From NCBI GenBank assembly GCA_052426225.1, contig JBNJNM010000011.1:1302001-1366000 (forward strand): a stretch of 64,000 bases of DNA, given 5' to 3'. This document shows, one piece after another, positions 40,765 through 54,238 of the stretch (position 1 is the stretch's first letter; each line of letters begins with the position of its first letter). The notes below the pieces were generated by a model that saw nothing but the letters and a program-made list of their open reading frames with translations, was not told where the DNA came from and ran no database searches. This DNA comes from Zancudomyces culisetae HAW-14-8. Lineage: Eukaryota > Fungi > Kickxellomycota. The position numbers and the translations under genes are program-made.

Positions 40765-41808
40765 CTACCAAACTGCATTCATCGCTTTTAGAGACAGCTC
40801 GACACCCAAAAAGCAGGCGGCATTTGCTGGGAAGGCACGAATCAGTGCCGGACCAACACCTTTATATAACGACTTTGGTCCTTCATTTTTTATTAGATCC
40901 ACAAACACATCCTTTATTCCAGAATACCTTCCTTGAGGCGCTGTTTGCACCCGTGACTTCAATACATCTGCAGGCTATATATTATTTTTTGTGTTTTACG
41001 TTATCTAACACATCATTTTTCACCGATACTCGTCCACAAAAACAACATTATTAATATTCAGCACAACACAAAGAAAAAATTAATACATGTCTGACAATCG
41101 TAATAGAATGTAGGTACTTACAATAGCTACTGTCCAACGAGCTATTCCAGCCAAACCACCAGCAACGATTACAGTCAAGGGATTGACTTTTTCCCTGGGT
41201 GTTCCCTCAGGGATCATTATCCGCTTCAATAACTCGTAACATGCAAAATATGTTGTGCTTCCTGGAATGTCTCTGAGAAGCGTGAGAGCAGATCCTGTAT
41301 ACAGTCCACGAATTCCACTTGCTTTATATACCGACACTACAGCATCTAAAGGCCCCTTATAGCTAACTCCACCTTGGCCAGAGACCTGCAACAAACATTT
41401 TATACGTTCCATAGGTGCCATTAACAGTGTTCCAGGTATTGCGGAAAATCCCCCAGCAAACAAAATCTGATTTGTAGTAAGAGACCCAGTTTTCTGACCC
41501 TGCAAAAGTTCCACTGCTAGTCTTTGTCCCATATTATATCCCAAGAAATTCAATGCAAATACAGGCGTGGCAGCCACAATTGGTGCGAGCATTCCTCTAT
41601 ACAACCCAAGTACACCATCTGCTTGTATTGTTCGTGACAAACAATCCCATGTGCCTCTATATAGTGACGAAGTTTGGATGCGAACCTTAACCAGGTCAAA
41701 GGGATATCCGGCTGCTATTAAGCTCATTCCACCAAACCCTCCTGATAAAAAAGATTTGAGAGCAGAAGTTGGTACTGCCACTTTTTTTTCGGCTTTTAAC
41801 GCTGACAT
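40765..41808 (-). CDS. CRC1: Mitochondrial carnitine/acylcarnitine carrier, divergent copy. Exons 41808-41122 and 40974-40765.
   Basis: Three Px(D/E)xxK motifs (PFDLVK, PMERIK, PADVLK) and [10 protein letters not shown], typical of SLC25A20/Crc1. Confidence 0.85.
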
Positions 41809-43454
41809 TGTTGATACATACCTCCACAGTACTATTCTTTACACCTTCTGTGCTAGGAGTGCAGTCTAATACTAAACCTGTGTTGTTCGGCAGTTATAGC
41901 ACTGGGTCAAAACTAATACTTGAATTATACCCGCTTTATTTTTATTTAACGCTACACCTGTTGATCACTGTTGGTGGTCTTCTATATATTGATATTTAGT
42001 ATGCTTTTGTAGAGTATTTGTCAAAAAATATTTTGATGCAATCAGTACTTTTTAAAGTAAAATGCAAATAAATCAACAATGATAATTAAAAAGCTAATCA
42101 AAATGGTTTGAGCCATTTAACTTGAAACAAAAAACAAAAACAAAAAACGTTGATACCTGAAATCATTAACGCAATTAAAATGGATGTAAACCCCCCAAGC
42201 ATTTGGTTAGTGAAGCATCTTTTTTTGTTTTGCCTTTTGTTTTGCTGCTTAAAGTTATCAATTTTACTCTTTGTGCTGAATCAATTTTTTTTTAATTAAA
42301 GCAACTCAGGCTCTCAATCATTGTAATCTGGAGAGCTAGCAACATCACAACGCTTTACATATTTTTACCGTTGTCGGATATTATTTATACATTTAGACTA
42401 TGTTGCGTTCAAAAAGTATTTTATCTTGTAACCTATGCAAAATACGGACTTCTCTGGGTCCTGTTTTGATGTTTTATGTTTCTTTAGTTTGTGCACCTTC
42501 GCACCAATTGCATTTCCAATACCTACTCAAACTTCAAAGTTTTAAAAACAATTTTAGTTGTAAATGCAATATGATCCGTAATAGTTGCGTTGATAGCAAT
42601 TATCGAGATAAAGCCCCGAGGTTACACCATTTTTAGGCACATACAAATTATACGTAATCAGATATACAACCGAGTTGTATTGATATATGAATAAACAGTG
42701 GTGATTTAAACTACACAAAGCAGCTTTTATTAAATAATACCATTCACAACGAGTGTGATGTTTCCCAACTCGAGAATAGTGAATGTAAAAAAACTCATAA
42801 AGAATATTTTCTTGCTTTAAACATTTTTCTGTGGTTGTTATTCACTAAAATATTGGGTAAATATGATGAAAAGTCAAATAGTACTCTTGATGCACAATCT
42901 AAATCATATTTAGTGCTTATGATAAACAGAAAAGAAAAATGATAACGGCCGGAAATGGCATCTAAGTCACTACTTTACTATACCAAAAAAGAAAACGAGA
43001 GTTTTGTAGTCAATTCAAGTAACAGAACAGGGATACTTAAAAATTCTTAAAGTTTACAGAGAAAAAAGAGTTTAGACATACAAAGGAAACCATCAAGCAA
43101 TATACTGTGCTACCCAGAGATACCTTACATACTAGAAGAGGTGAAATGGACTAGATTTGTATTTTTAGCTAGTGATCCAACCAGATATATCAGAAATATA
43201 TACGCTTCTTGATCATGTTTTAAGTTGCTTTTGAAACTGTGCTCTTGATAAGCTTGAATAGAAATTCGAAGCATCGAAAAATCCTCGGTTATGTACATCA
43301 GAGCAGATTTTATTAATAAGATGAAAACGATCCCCGATACAAGCATACAAAAAAGATCGATTTATAATTACCATACACATGCCGTATATGCTAAACATGA
43401 AAAGAAGAAAACGATACATCCCAATATTTTGGTAAGAAAAAAAAAGCAAGAAGT

Positions 43455-44516
43455 CTACCAGATTGAATTCATTGCTCTTAGGGATAGTTCGACACCCAGG
43501 AAACATGCGGCATTTGCTGGGAAAGCACGAAGCATTGCTGGCCCAATACCCTTGAACAGAGCCTTTGGTCCCTCGTTTCTGACCAAGTCTACAAACACAT
43601 CTCTCATTCCAGCATATTTACCTTGTGGAGCTGTCTGGAGCCGTGATTTCAAAACGTCTGGAGGCTATTTATGGAAGAAATTGGAATTGTCATTATGTCT
43701 GTCCTGTATTAACTTTTTTAAAAAAAGGGAAATAAAAAGAGAATGGGATGAAATATATGATGTGGCATCATTGAAATTAAATCCAAACTTGTCCTCGTAC
43801 ATACAATAGTTATATAGATAGAAAAAACTTACAATAGCTACAGCCCAGTTGGCTACGCCAGCAAGACCACCAGCAACAACGATAGCTAATGTGCTAATCT
43901 TTTCCTTGGGCGTTCCCTCAGGAATAAGCGCCTTTTTGACAAGTTCGTAACATCCAAAGTATGCAACACTTCCTGGTACGTCTCTGAGAAGGGTAAGAAC
44001 AGTTCCTGTATAAAAACCACGAAATCCTGCTGTTCGATAAATATACTTGGCGGCATCTGTGGGGCCCTTGTAGCTAACACCACCCTGTCCAGAAACCTGT
44101 AGCAAACACTTTATGCGTTCCATTGGTGTCATCAGTATTGTGGTAGGTACTGCAGAAAATCCTCCAGCAAACAGGATCTGACCAGTGGTAAGTGTCGAAT
44201 TCTCACCGTTTCCTGAAAATTTCACAGCTATCTTCTGGCCAAGATTATATCCCCAAAAGCATAGCGCGAATACTGGAGTGGCGCCAGCAAGTGGAGCAAA
44301 CATTCCCCTGTATAAGCCGAGTACACCATCAGCCTTTATTGTTCGTGTGAGACACTCAAGTGCACTTTTATATTCTGAAGAGGTTTGCATACGAACCTTG
44401 GCCAAATCGAAGGGGTATCCTGCTGCAACCAGACTCATACCACCGAATCCTCCAGACAGGAATGATTTCAGGGCAGAGGTCTCTACAGCCTTCTTCTCGG
44501 TTTTTTGTGCCGACAT
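43455..44516 (-). CDS. CRC1: Mitochondrial carnitine/acylcarnitine carrier, canonical copy. Exons 44516-43833 and 43664-43455.
   Basis: RDVPGS, NWAVAI|[23 protein letters not shown]. Same intron position as the neighbouring copy. Confidence 0.92.
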
Positions 44517-45635
44517 TCTTATCTATGAGATTGATTTGTTTTGATGTGAGAAACTATGCTACAAAAGAAATTTGAATCTAAAGGCTTTGTTATTGCGCTT
44601 TTATACACGGGATATTACTGAGAAATCCTGGAATATTTGAAGCTGGAGCGTTTTTGGGCATCACTGTTCTTTTATTTTCATTTTCATTTTCATTTTCATT
44701 TTTGCTTTTGCTTTTGGTTTTGGATTTGCTTTTATTTTGGATTTTATTTTTACCAAATAGCTTTGGTTTATCCAATGCTTGGAAATTGATAGTTCTTGTT
44801 CCATGCCCCTAAACGATTGGAATCGGTATGCGCAATTTAAAAGCTGCAGCTTGTTACCTAATTCAGAAAGTCATTCACTTTGAAAATGGCGAAACTATTC
44901 GTATCTCAAATGATAAAACCAGAACCTCTTGCGCGGAGGCCAACTATCTTTATCAAATAATTTTTTACAGAAAAAATCAATTGGACCGATTGCGACTTTG
45001 GTTGAGGATGACCCCTTTTATTCGTTTGATAGTAGAATATGCTAGTTACAAAATGTCTATGAAAGTTGAAAAAAGAGGAGGAGGGGGAGGGGAAGAATTA
45101 TTTCATAATCTCACAAATGGGCTACGAGTTTTTGTGAAAACAAAAAACAGAGATATTGTTTTATTTGAAATGGCATAGTGTTTTTATCTTTTTCCAAATA
45201 TCAACAAAGGGTTATTTGGATTTGGTGGATACGTAAAACAGCTTTATTTCCTTTCAGCATGTGAAAATTAAATTTACGATTTTAGAAAACATAATGAGGA
45301 AAAATGGGCAATCGAATATATCAACATTGGGATGCAAGTGTACAAATATCTACAAAGTAGTAATATTGGCTGATCTATTCTAGTTTTGTTGGTACATTTG
45401 TAATTTTCTGGATGGAGTAAATATGTTTATAGTAACCCCCAGTATATAGCAACACACTGCTTTTCGGGGGCTCATACAAAGTGACAGATATCGCGTAACT
45501 ATATAGCTACGGTTGCACAATATTTTTTAACCAAAAAGGATGATTTCTCTTTTATTTTACTGCCTAAGAGTTTTGTTATAAACATCCAGCATAAATGTAC
45601 AGAAAAGGGGGTGATAATGAAAAAGAGGGTGCTGG

Positions 45636-48044
45636 CTATTCAGCAAACCACCGTCTTATGGGTGCTGATAGATCAGCTCTCTTTTTTGCGGCGGCAGATA
45701 GGGTCCCTGTGTCAATCAAAAGCCTCATCATTTGAAATTCTCTCATTTCAAACGTGGAATCGAAGGATTTTTTTGTCACAGATGAGCGTGATCCGGCGTA
45801 AGACTTTCCACCAGTAAAACACATAAGCTCAGCCTGGATTAGCTGTTCAAATGCCTTCAAAGCAACTGATTTTTTACATATTTTCAATGATCCACCCGAT
45901 GTGGATGATGAGGTAAAATACTTGTTAATAAGGTTTTTATACTCATTATATATCATTTCAAAGTTGAAACATTGATAACCCGTGTTCGTGAGTGATACCA
46001 TTGCTATGAGAAGATGAAATTCTAGCAGAGAAACACCTAGTGTAGTTTTTTAGTTCAAATTTTTTACGTAAATGGAGGTATTTTGAGAGTTGCGACTTTG
46101 AAGAATCTTGGTAGACATTACCATATTTTCAAACCTGGGTGTTTAAGAAAATATGGAGGTAAGAATAATAAATAAGTAGTAGGGCAAAGGGTGGAATATT
46201 GCAGCTAAATATTAAATAAATACCTTTTAAAATGTTTGATTTCGAATCTTCACTAAATATGGTTGCATATTTCTCAAGTATCTGGAGTGAAGGGAAAGGT
46301 GATTCAACATTCAGTTCAATTATGGCACCAGACTAAAGTTTCAGGTTTAACCAGATTAGCAACGCTGTGAAAATGAATCAATCGTTTCAACAAGATTGTA
46401 AAATGAAAATATCGTGAACTTACCAATATTCGATACAGCAAGCGTATATCTTTGTTATACTCAAATATCGAGGTAATTACTTCAGAAAATTTTGAGTTAT
46501 ATATCAGAGTCTATAATTGAAAATAATTGCTAGTGAAATAAGCATACTTGTACAGTGGGTATCACAAAGTGTTTAAGTAAGCGAATAACCAATACACATC
46601 ATTACCTTACAGGAGTCGTTAAATTTCTTTGCAAACTCGGATGAAACGCTTGCAGCCGCCGGAATAAAAAGCGACTTTAATGTAAGTTCCAAAAATTGCT
46701 CGATTGATGAAAGCAATGGGACTAGAATCTGACGATGTGAAAACCTCGATTTAACACGTTTCTCAAGCATATCCATCACGTTCTACTTGGGTTACGATTT
46801 AATCGTGAACTCATGTTTCAGAAATAAAATGAACCAAATGGAATGAAGCTAAACATTCATAGATAGTATAGCGAACGGCAAAGATACATGCTATAAAAAA
46901 AACCAGCATCACTTACCATTCTGCGAGTTAGACCAACTACTGCAATAGGCGCTTGTCGGCTCTGGGCAATGTCAAACAGCGTGTATAGAAGTAGCTGTCT
47001 CGGCTGCATTGCAAAAATCTCAAAATCCTCTAGAATAAATATCACTGGCGTAGAGCCTCTGTCCCCACTTTGAAAAAGCTCTACTATTAACGTCATCCAT
47101 TCTGCTGCAGATTTCTATATCAATTTTATCAGGTAATCACTAAAATGAGCATCAAGTTTCTCTAGTAGAATTCATAGCTTGTTTGAGTATGTGAGTATAT
47201 TGTATTTTGACTAAAGGCTTCAAAGAAAATTAGATTATAAAGAATTACATTGGCAACTTCATCTACACCAATTCCATGACATAGTTGTAAGGCAATGCTT
47301 TTAAGTGCAAGTCTATCATTATAATTTATGCTTCCAGACAGCTTTATGGTTATGAACCTTTTTTCACTATCGCCAATTTTGCCATTGTGGCCGTTGTACT
47401 GAGCCTCCAGAATATTTAGCGCCTTAGAGACCAGCTATTTTATATTTAGTAACAGAAACGTGTTTATACAATTCAAGTGTTAATTCGAAAAAGCTCACAG
47501 ATCTACAAATACAGGTAAATACATCAACGTTTGACTGAGCACACCAGCTGTACGCAGAAAGCTGACACTGTAAACTATAAGTCAAAATAAAAGGCAAAGC
47601 TTACTGTAGACTTTCCCGCACTCCGTGGCCCTACGAGCAACAAGGAATTGCTTTCTCCGGTCGTGATCGTTTTTTCAAGTGTATTATACAGGTTGCTATT
47701 TGTTATCATTTGTATGACTTTTGTAGATGCGAACACTAATCCAGAGACTTTTTAAACATGTCCTTTTAAATGCATATAATAACATCGATGGTGTATAAGT
47801 ATTAGTAAAAAAAATAAACTAAAATTTCGCAATTGCAAAAAATGAAGATTGGAGAACAGAAGCGATGAATAGCATAGACACTTTGTATTTAGGCATGTTT
47901 ATTTACTCACTTGAACTGTTTATCGAGCCCTACTAACTGTGGATCCTTTTCTTTGCCATATAGTCTTTCTAGAATTATATTTTTCACTCGCTCTATCTCC
48001 AAAACTGTCTCTGTTTCAATCGAATTTCTTTTTCGTTTTGTCAT
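45636..48044 (-). CDS. ORC4: Origin recognition complex subunit 4 (multi-exon; internal boundaries not all resolved)
   Basis: ATG at 48044 (MTKRKRNS). Walker A GESNSLLLVGPRSAGKST at about 47605-47660, PVIFILEDFEIFA..RQLLLYTLFD, LEKRVKSRFSHRQI, FNFEMIYNEY and VALKAFEQL. Confidence 0.92.
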
Positions 48045-49059
48045 TTTTCAGTTAATATTTGCTGCCTTATGATTTTCAGTTAATTTGTATGCGTAATAAC
48101 AAAAGCTTTTCTAATTTTTTTTTACTCTTCTTCAGAATATATATTGTGTATAAGTACTTTTGTCAAGCGTTGTATAGTTGAATGGGTATCAATTTTTCAT
48201 TATTAATGTATAGCATAATTGGTAGTTGTCAAGGTCAATATTTACATTATTGATTGAGCTTAGATGTAAACAAAATTATCCAATAAAACTCAATTTCCAA
48301 TTTTGTTTGGTGTCCAAACGCTGATTCTCGGTTGCAGGCTAAAACTTTTACTTGGCTCTTTTTGTCAGCCTGAATCATCAGAGTAAGAATATTAATACCA
48401 ACAGCTAGATTTCTGACCCTTATAATAGCAGCTATCTAGAAAGTTGTTTAGAATACAGGCTGGTACTGGGGGGTTATGAAAGCACACACTCTCGCATAAA
48501 AATAAATAATAAAAAAACTACGAAAAAAGCATATTACAGCCACTCCCTTTTATAGTTGATATAAAACAGGTTTGACTCTTTTTTTTAGACCTAATCTTAG
48601 ATCGCAGTTATGTCCAGAGAAAAAGCGTAAGAGCCAAATTAAGTGCATACTTTTTTTCATTTTAGCTGCTATGCAATTATCTTTGTTTGAGGAAGTGGAA
48701 AAAAAGAATTTTCACATTAATTTAGTCCAACACATCAAAAAAAAATTTATGGTTTTTACTGGGCTCTACTTTTCCACTCCCCACAATTGCTTGTGCCAGT
48801 ATCACTATTTGGGTCTGCATTAGTACTAGGTTTGATATCATTTTATTCAGTGGAAAAATGGTTCGGTTTGCCATAGATTTTTGGTGCTATTTTCATTTTA
48901 CGCTTTTTTTACCACATTCTCTAAACATAACGATGTGCATCTAATTTTTAGGGTACTTAAAACGAGTATACAGTTTTGATTTAAAATTTCTGGAAATATA
49001 TACTAATTTCTATTCTGCAAGCAGTCAGCAAGCCTTGGATAAAATACACCTTTGTAAAA

Positions 49060-49909
49060 ATGTCATTGAGAATTTTGTCAAGAAACTTCCTTCGTTCAAA
49101 GACAGTCCCCCTTACTGCCTTTAGATTCTACTCAGCAGGTATTTAGCCATTAATAGTTGTATTCGCCCGATTTTTGGTAGAGTATACCCGCTTGTTCCGT
49201 TTATTTTTTTGTGCTGAATGGGTACATACTCTTGATGCTAGGATTTATATAATCTTTTTTCACTCTAAAATTTAATAGAAAAAAGGTACGCAGCCACCCA
49301 CGAATGGGTCCAGATTGAGAATGGAGTAGGAACTATTGGAATCTCAGAGCACGCAGCCCAGTCTCTTGGGGACGTGGTGTATGTCGAGGGTTCTGAGCCA
49401 GGAGAATCGATTGAAGCTGGTGGTAGGTTTGCCTGTACTTTTTTTGCATGTACCTCATATTCGTTTTGTTTAGTTTGGTTTTTTTATTTGCACGCTGATT
49501 CATTTAACAATTTCCGCTTTGCCAAACAAAGGACTGATGATCAAGCAAATTGATAACAGCGGTGAATATCAAATAATATAGAGCCATGTGGTACAGTGGA
49601 GAGTGTAAAGGCCGCTAGTGACATAATTGCTCCCATAAGCGGTGAAGTACTTTCAGTAAACTCCGACGTGACCGCAAAGCCAAATCTTATTAACAAGAGT
49701 CCTGAAGGACAAGGTATGATACTCCTCCCCCTCTTTTTTTAATCAAAAATCATTATATTTGCTCAACGTTTTATATATTAATATCAACATTTCTACATAA
49801 TTTAGGTTGGGTATTGAAGGTGCAAATATCTGCTGAGGCTGAAGAGGAATTCAAAAACCTGATGGATCTGGAAACCTACAAGTCCAAGCTTGAAGATCTG
49901 GACCACTAG
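49060..49909 (+). CDS. GCV3: Glycine cleavage system H protein. Exons 49060-49138, 49279-49422, 49582-49713 and 49806-49909.
   Basis: Presequence MSLRILSRNFLRS, HEWV, GISEHAAQSLGDVVYVE, lipoyl motif VESVKAASD, INKSPEGQGW. Missed by the ORF track. Confidence 0.95.
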
Positions 49910-50227
49910 TTGGGTTCTATTAGCACAAACTTTTGTTTTTTTTACTAAACAACGTAATTATATGCATGCTGCCGATTTTTATTTTTTGAACTTCGTTCTT
50001 TCCATAAATAGGTATATATGCTGTTTATTAATCTATTCATTAAAGTCTTTGTCACAAGAGTATGTCGATAAATCAGTCAGAATATACTTATATACAGCAA
50101 GAAGTGGATATATGAAGTTTCGGGTTTCACTCCTAAATTGCAGCAAAAGTGCTCTACAAACTACACATACATTTGAGTGGATACTAAATTATTTTAGGCT
50201 CTTATGCTCGATCAAAGTGGTATAGGC

Positions 50228-51967
50228 TCATTTTAGACTAACCACCAACATTTCTGGCTCAAGAGCATCTAAGACTATCCAGTTTGAGATCGGACGTGAC
50301 TTTCCTGATATGATTTTTATGATTTCTTGGGCTAGAATTCCACCAAGAACGAATTCTGCTGGAGGAAAGCGTATTTGGATGTTTGGTATACAGGACCTAC
50401 GTATACGTGTACACATCTCAAGTAAAATTTTTGCTATGTATGAGGGCTTTAACAACAGAAAAAAAAGCACCGAATAAGCTCATCTGCTCGTCAAGTGGTA
50501 AATTTATCACGTTAAATACTTTTTACTAATATAGGTCGCTTTACCTCAACATATTTTCGGGAATAAATGATGCGGCGATCTCGTGGTGTTCCAGTAAACT
50601 ATCAACATTGGATAAAAGCATCTCGACGTCGTCCTCACTAAGCTCTTTCGCAGACTCTACACCTGATTTCAATAAGCCTATTAAACAGAAATACTCAGTT
50701 AGTATACAATTGCGCCGTAAGCATATCCTGATATTCCAACAGGTATCGCTACACCAAAGATAATAAAAAGCAAATTGAATGTTTTGTTTCTAGATGTACC
50801 TAGTATAATGAAGTATGCTGGAAGGATAACGCTTTTCATCCTTTTAAGTGACACAGATTTGATTTTCTTTTTGAGAGATACATCCAATGGAACATAGTTT
50901 TCACAGCATTCTTCGATTACTCTTATCTCCTCATCCGGATTGTTTGGATTTTTACGAGTTATATCTCTATAGCGCGCGCAATAGCAAAAAATGCAAGTAA
51001 AAATAGCAAGATCAATCGAAACACAGAAGTACGTACGATGTATACATATGATATAGTTAACATCTTACAGCTTATATTCATGATCCAGCAAGTCTGCAAA
51101 TACATATCCATACATTCCATATAACCCTGCGCACATATATTTGACACCCGCTTTTCTACATTCAGCATTTATGATTTCCTACGTATTTATTCGTGCGTTT
51201 GTTATACCAAAAATTGAACTAGAAACTAGAGAGTAGAAAACAAGTCTTTATACGTGATTTTTGCTGTTTTTAAAAGCTATTTAAAGAATGATTCGTACCA
51301 TTTTATTGATATCCGCATTACAAAACAAGACCAAGTCGAAGTTTTTAAAATAAGTTGCATCAAATTCGTGTCTAGCTTCATGAGTTAGTTTAACGGACGG
51401 GTTGAACTGCTTGAGTTCCTTTAAGAGTGATTCGTCTTTCTATTATTACATTTTTGGGTTTTATCGCTGCTAACACCGTTATTGTCATTCTTATTAATTT
51501 TAAATTTAACAAATCTTTTGAATTGAATTTAATTTTCAATATTTAAGAATGAAAATCCAAAAAAGGTATTATATCAGATAAATAGTTAACAAAACGTACT
51601 CGCATGTTCAAATGAGAATCGTTCAAAATATACAAAGATTCCAAGTCAGCTTCACTAACAATATCCTCATCTATTACTTTAATTTCTCCGATTCCTCCTA
51701 ACACCAGATTTTTCAGAGTTTCCAAAACAAATCCTGAAACACCGATTGCAAGTACTGATGCACTCGATAACCTAATAAATCACACAAACATTCACTCATA
51801 ACGGAAACGCCATCGTAGTAACTATACTAAAAGCATTTATGACCTGTATGACAGTATAATAATCGAGAATGACAGCGGTAAAAATCTTACCTTTGTTGGC
51901 CCTCTAATCCCCAGACTCTAATTTGTCTGTCATATCTGCTTATATCCTCAGTACTCACTCTCTCCAT
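50228..51967 (-). CDS. AOS1: SUMO-activating enzyme E1 subunit 1 (multi-exon; internal boundaries not all resolved)
   Basis: MERVSTEDISRYDRQIRVWGLEGQQR, ETLKNLVLGGIG, GLYGMYGYVFADL, GGILAQEIIKIIS. The short total length favours Aos1 over Ula1. Confidence 0.82.
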
Positions 51968-52737
51968 CTGCTTGAATTAGTTGTTTTTTTGTGCTTTGTG
52001 ATATCTTGTGAACTGCTTTTTTTAAAAATTAAATGCTTAATAATTTATTCTCGTTTTCTAATTGCACAATCACAAAATTTCGCGCTGATGTAAACATTGC
52101 TGTGTTCCTTGTTTGCTATAGATTAAGCCAATGGTTTGATTTAGTTTGGATACTTGGTAATTCGATCCGAAAATCCTTGACCCCTCTAATTTTCACAAAT
52201 AAAAACATGCCAATAGGCAAAAGCTATGCGGGTTCAAGTAACGAGTTCACCAAACCCGGGAAACTCCATTCAAATTTAAATAGTGTTTTTGAGTACTCAA
52301 ATCACTCTTCTTAAGCTGTGAGCTAGTGAAATCATATATCGGTAATATTTCAAGGTATCCACTGCATTTTGCGATTAATTTGTGGTTACTTTTAGCAAGC
52401 GAAAGCGCGTTTACAAACTAAAATTTCAGGAGTACCATTTGCCTGTGTGCAATAACAGCATTCAACTCATAGCCACAATAACGGTGAACCTGACCATAAT
52501 GTGTTGCTATGGTTGGTGAGTTATTGAACTAAAGATGGGCTTGTGTTTTAGTGGGTAGCTTTGTTTGTACAAGGCCATTACAGCGACCCATTTGTCTGAA
52601 TTTTTATTTAAAAAATTATGAAAAATACCCTTTATGACTAGCTTTAGCGATATCAAAATATCACTTTATCCTATACGTTTGGTGTACCCATTTACAATAA
52701 AAATCAATCAAAATCCACAGAAAAAAGTATAAAAAAA

Positions 52738-54052
52738 ATGTCTAAAGGTAACGAGCAGGTGTGGGATAAGAAAATCCAGCAATATCACGGAGGTCAGGAA
52801 TGGAAGTTTCTAAAGAATTTTGTGGAAGATTTCAGCGTAACTACCAATGGTCTAGGTGCGCCAGTAAGCGCGATGGAGGCCGCTAAGAACGCTGTAAGTT
52901 CTGTTTTAGTTAGCACATTTCTTTTTCTATTTGTAATGCTAACTAACTGGTTATTTGCATGCCGAGTATTTATGAAGTATGATAATTTCGATTCTGGCAA
53001 CAAATTTTGATGGAGGGTCATTATAATGTGCAGAAGGAATGATTGTAGCACTTGTAAACCATTTCAATTAGGAAAAGTAATATAATTAAATGCTATTAAA
53101 ATAGGTGATAGAATGTACGCATTATCCTCCAGCTAATCAAGAACCTGCAAAATCATCCCTAGCCAAATTCTTATGGCCTGAGACATGGGAAGAAGATAAC
53201 GACAGGTTGTTACTGGGAAATGGGGCGAGCGAGCTAATAGATCTTATTATGCGTTTGGCACCAAAGGGAACCTGGAAAGCCGGGCCATTTGCTGCACAGT
53301 ACAAAGAATATGAGCGGTCAGCCACAAATAACGGGTATACTATTATTGATAGTGGAGAAAACGACACTAAAGCGAATGTTTCCTGTTTGGTAAATCCCTG
53401 CAATCCCACAGGTGATTATATGGAGGTTGACGAGGTTCTAGAGTGGATTTTAAACAACGTAACCAGCGGTGGGTTTGCAATAATTGACGAATCGATGCAG
53501 CCTTGGCACTCCAAAGATTTTAGGAATCACTCACTTTGCTTCCACAAAGAAAAGATCCAACGTTTATTTTCAGAAATGAGCATTTCAGTTTATGTAATTC
53601 ACTCGTGGACAAAGCTATGGAGTTGTACGGGCCTTAGGCTCGGGTCAATTGTATGTCCAAACACAAGTGCGGCTATGGAACTGAAAAAAATACAGGTTCC
53701 ATGGTCTGTTAATCTCCCCGCTTTGGCATTTTTAGATGCCGCCACAAGGGACGTTGATTATTTGAACCGCACATGGGAAGTAACGCCAAAGTGGAGAAAG
53801 AACACCGTGGAGTTGTTGAATAAACACTTTCCAAAGTGGAGTTGCCATGGAAAAGAGTTTTTGTCCTGGGTTTGGGTTGATACAGGATCGACTGAGGTTG
53901 CAACTCGTGCTGTTGATATTGCAAAATCGGCCGGAGTACCAGTACGCAGCGGGGTTCATGGATACAAAATGCCCACCTTTATTAGATTAGCTGTGCGTAG
54001 CGAAGAAAAATTCAAGATATTGTTGGATGCTTGGGTTGCATCTGGGATGTGA
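52738..54052 (+). CDS. Fold-type I PLP enzyme, CobD (threonine-phosphate decarboxylase)/HisC-like. Exons 52738-52893 and 53105-54052.
   Basis: HGG...DFSVTTNGLGAP, HYP, GNGASELI, NPCNPTG, IIDES, SWTKLWSCTGLRLG (PLP lysine), PWSVN, FIRLAVR. Confidence 0.85.
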
Positions 54053-54238
54053 TTTTTTTATTTGGGTATTGCTTCTGTTTGGGATGGCTCGTTTTTATGT
54101 GTATTTGTCATAATGCGGCATAAAGTATTGCGTTTTTAGTGTTTTTTATTTATTTTACCACCAAATAAAATAGAACAAAATAATATAAAATAAATATGGG
54201 ATAAACAAAACCAAAGTCAAGGATATCAGTCTATTGCT

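Noticed and set aside
45430-45522. Two small hairpins with ANANNA and ACA, resembling an H/ACA snoRNA
   Set aside because: The second hairpin is too short and the pocket-to-ACA spacing is wrong.
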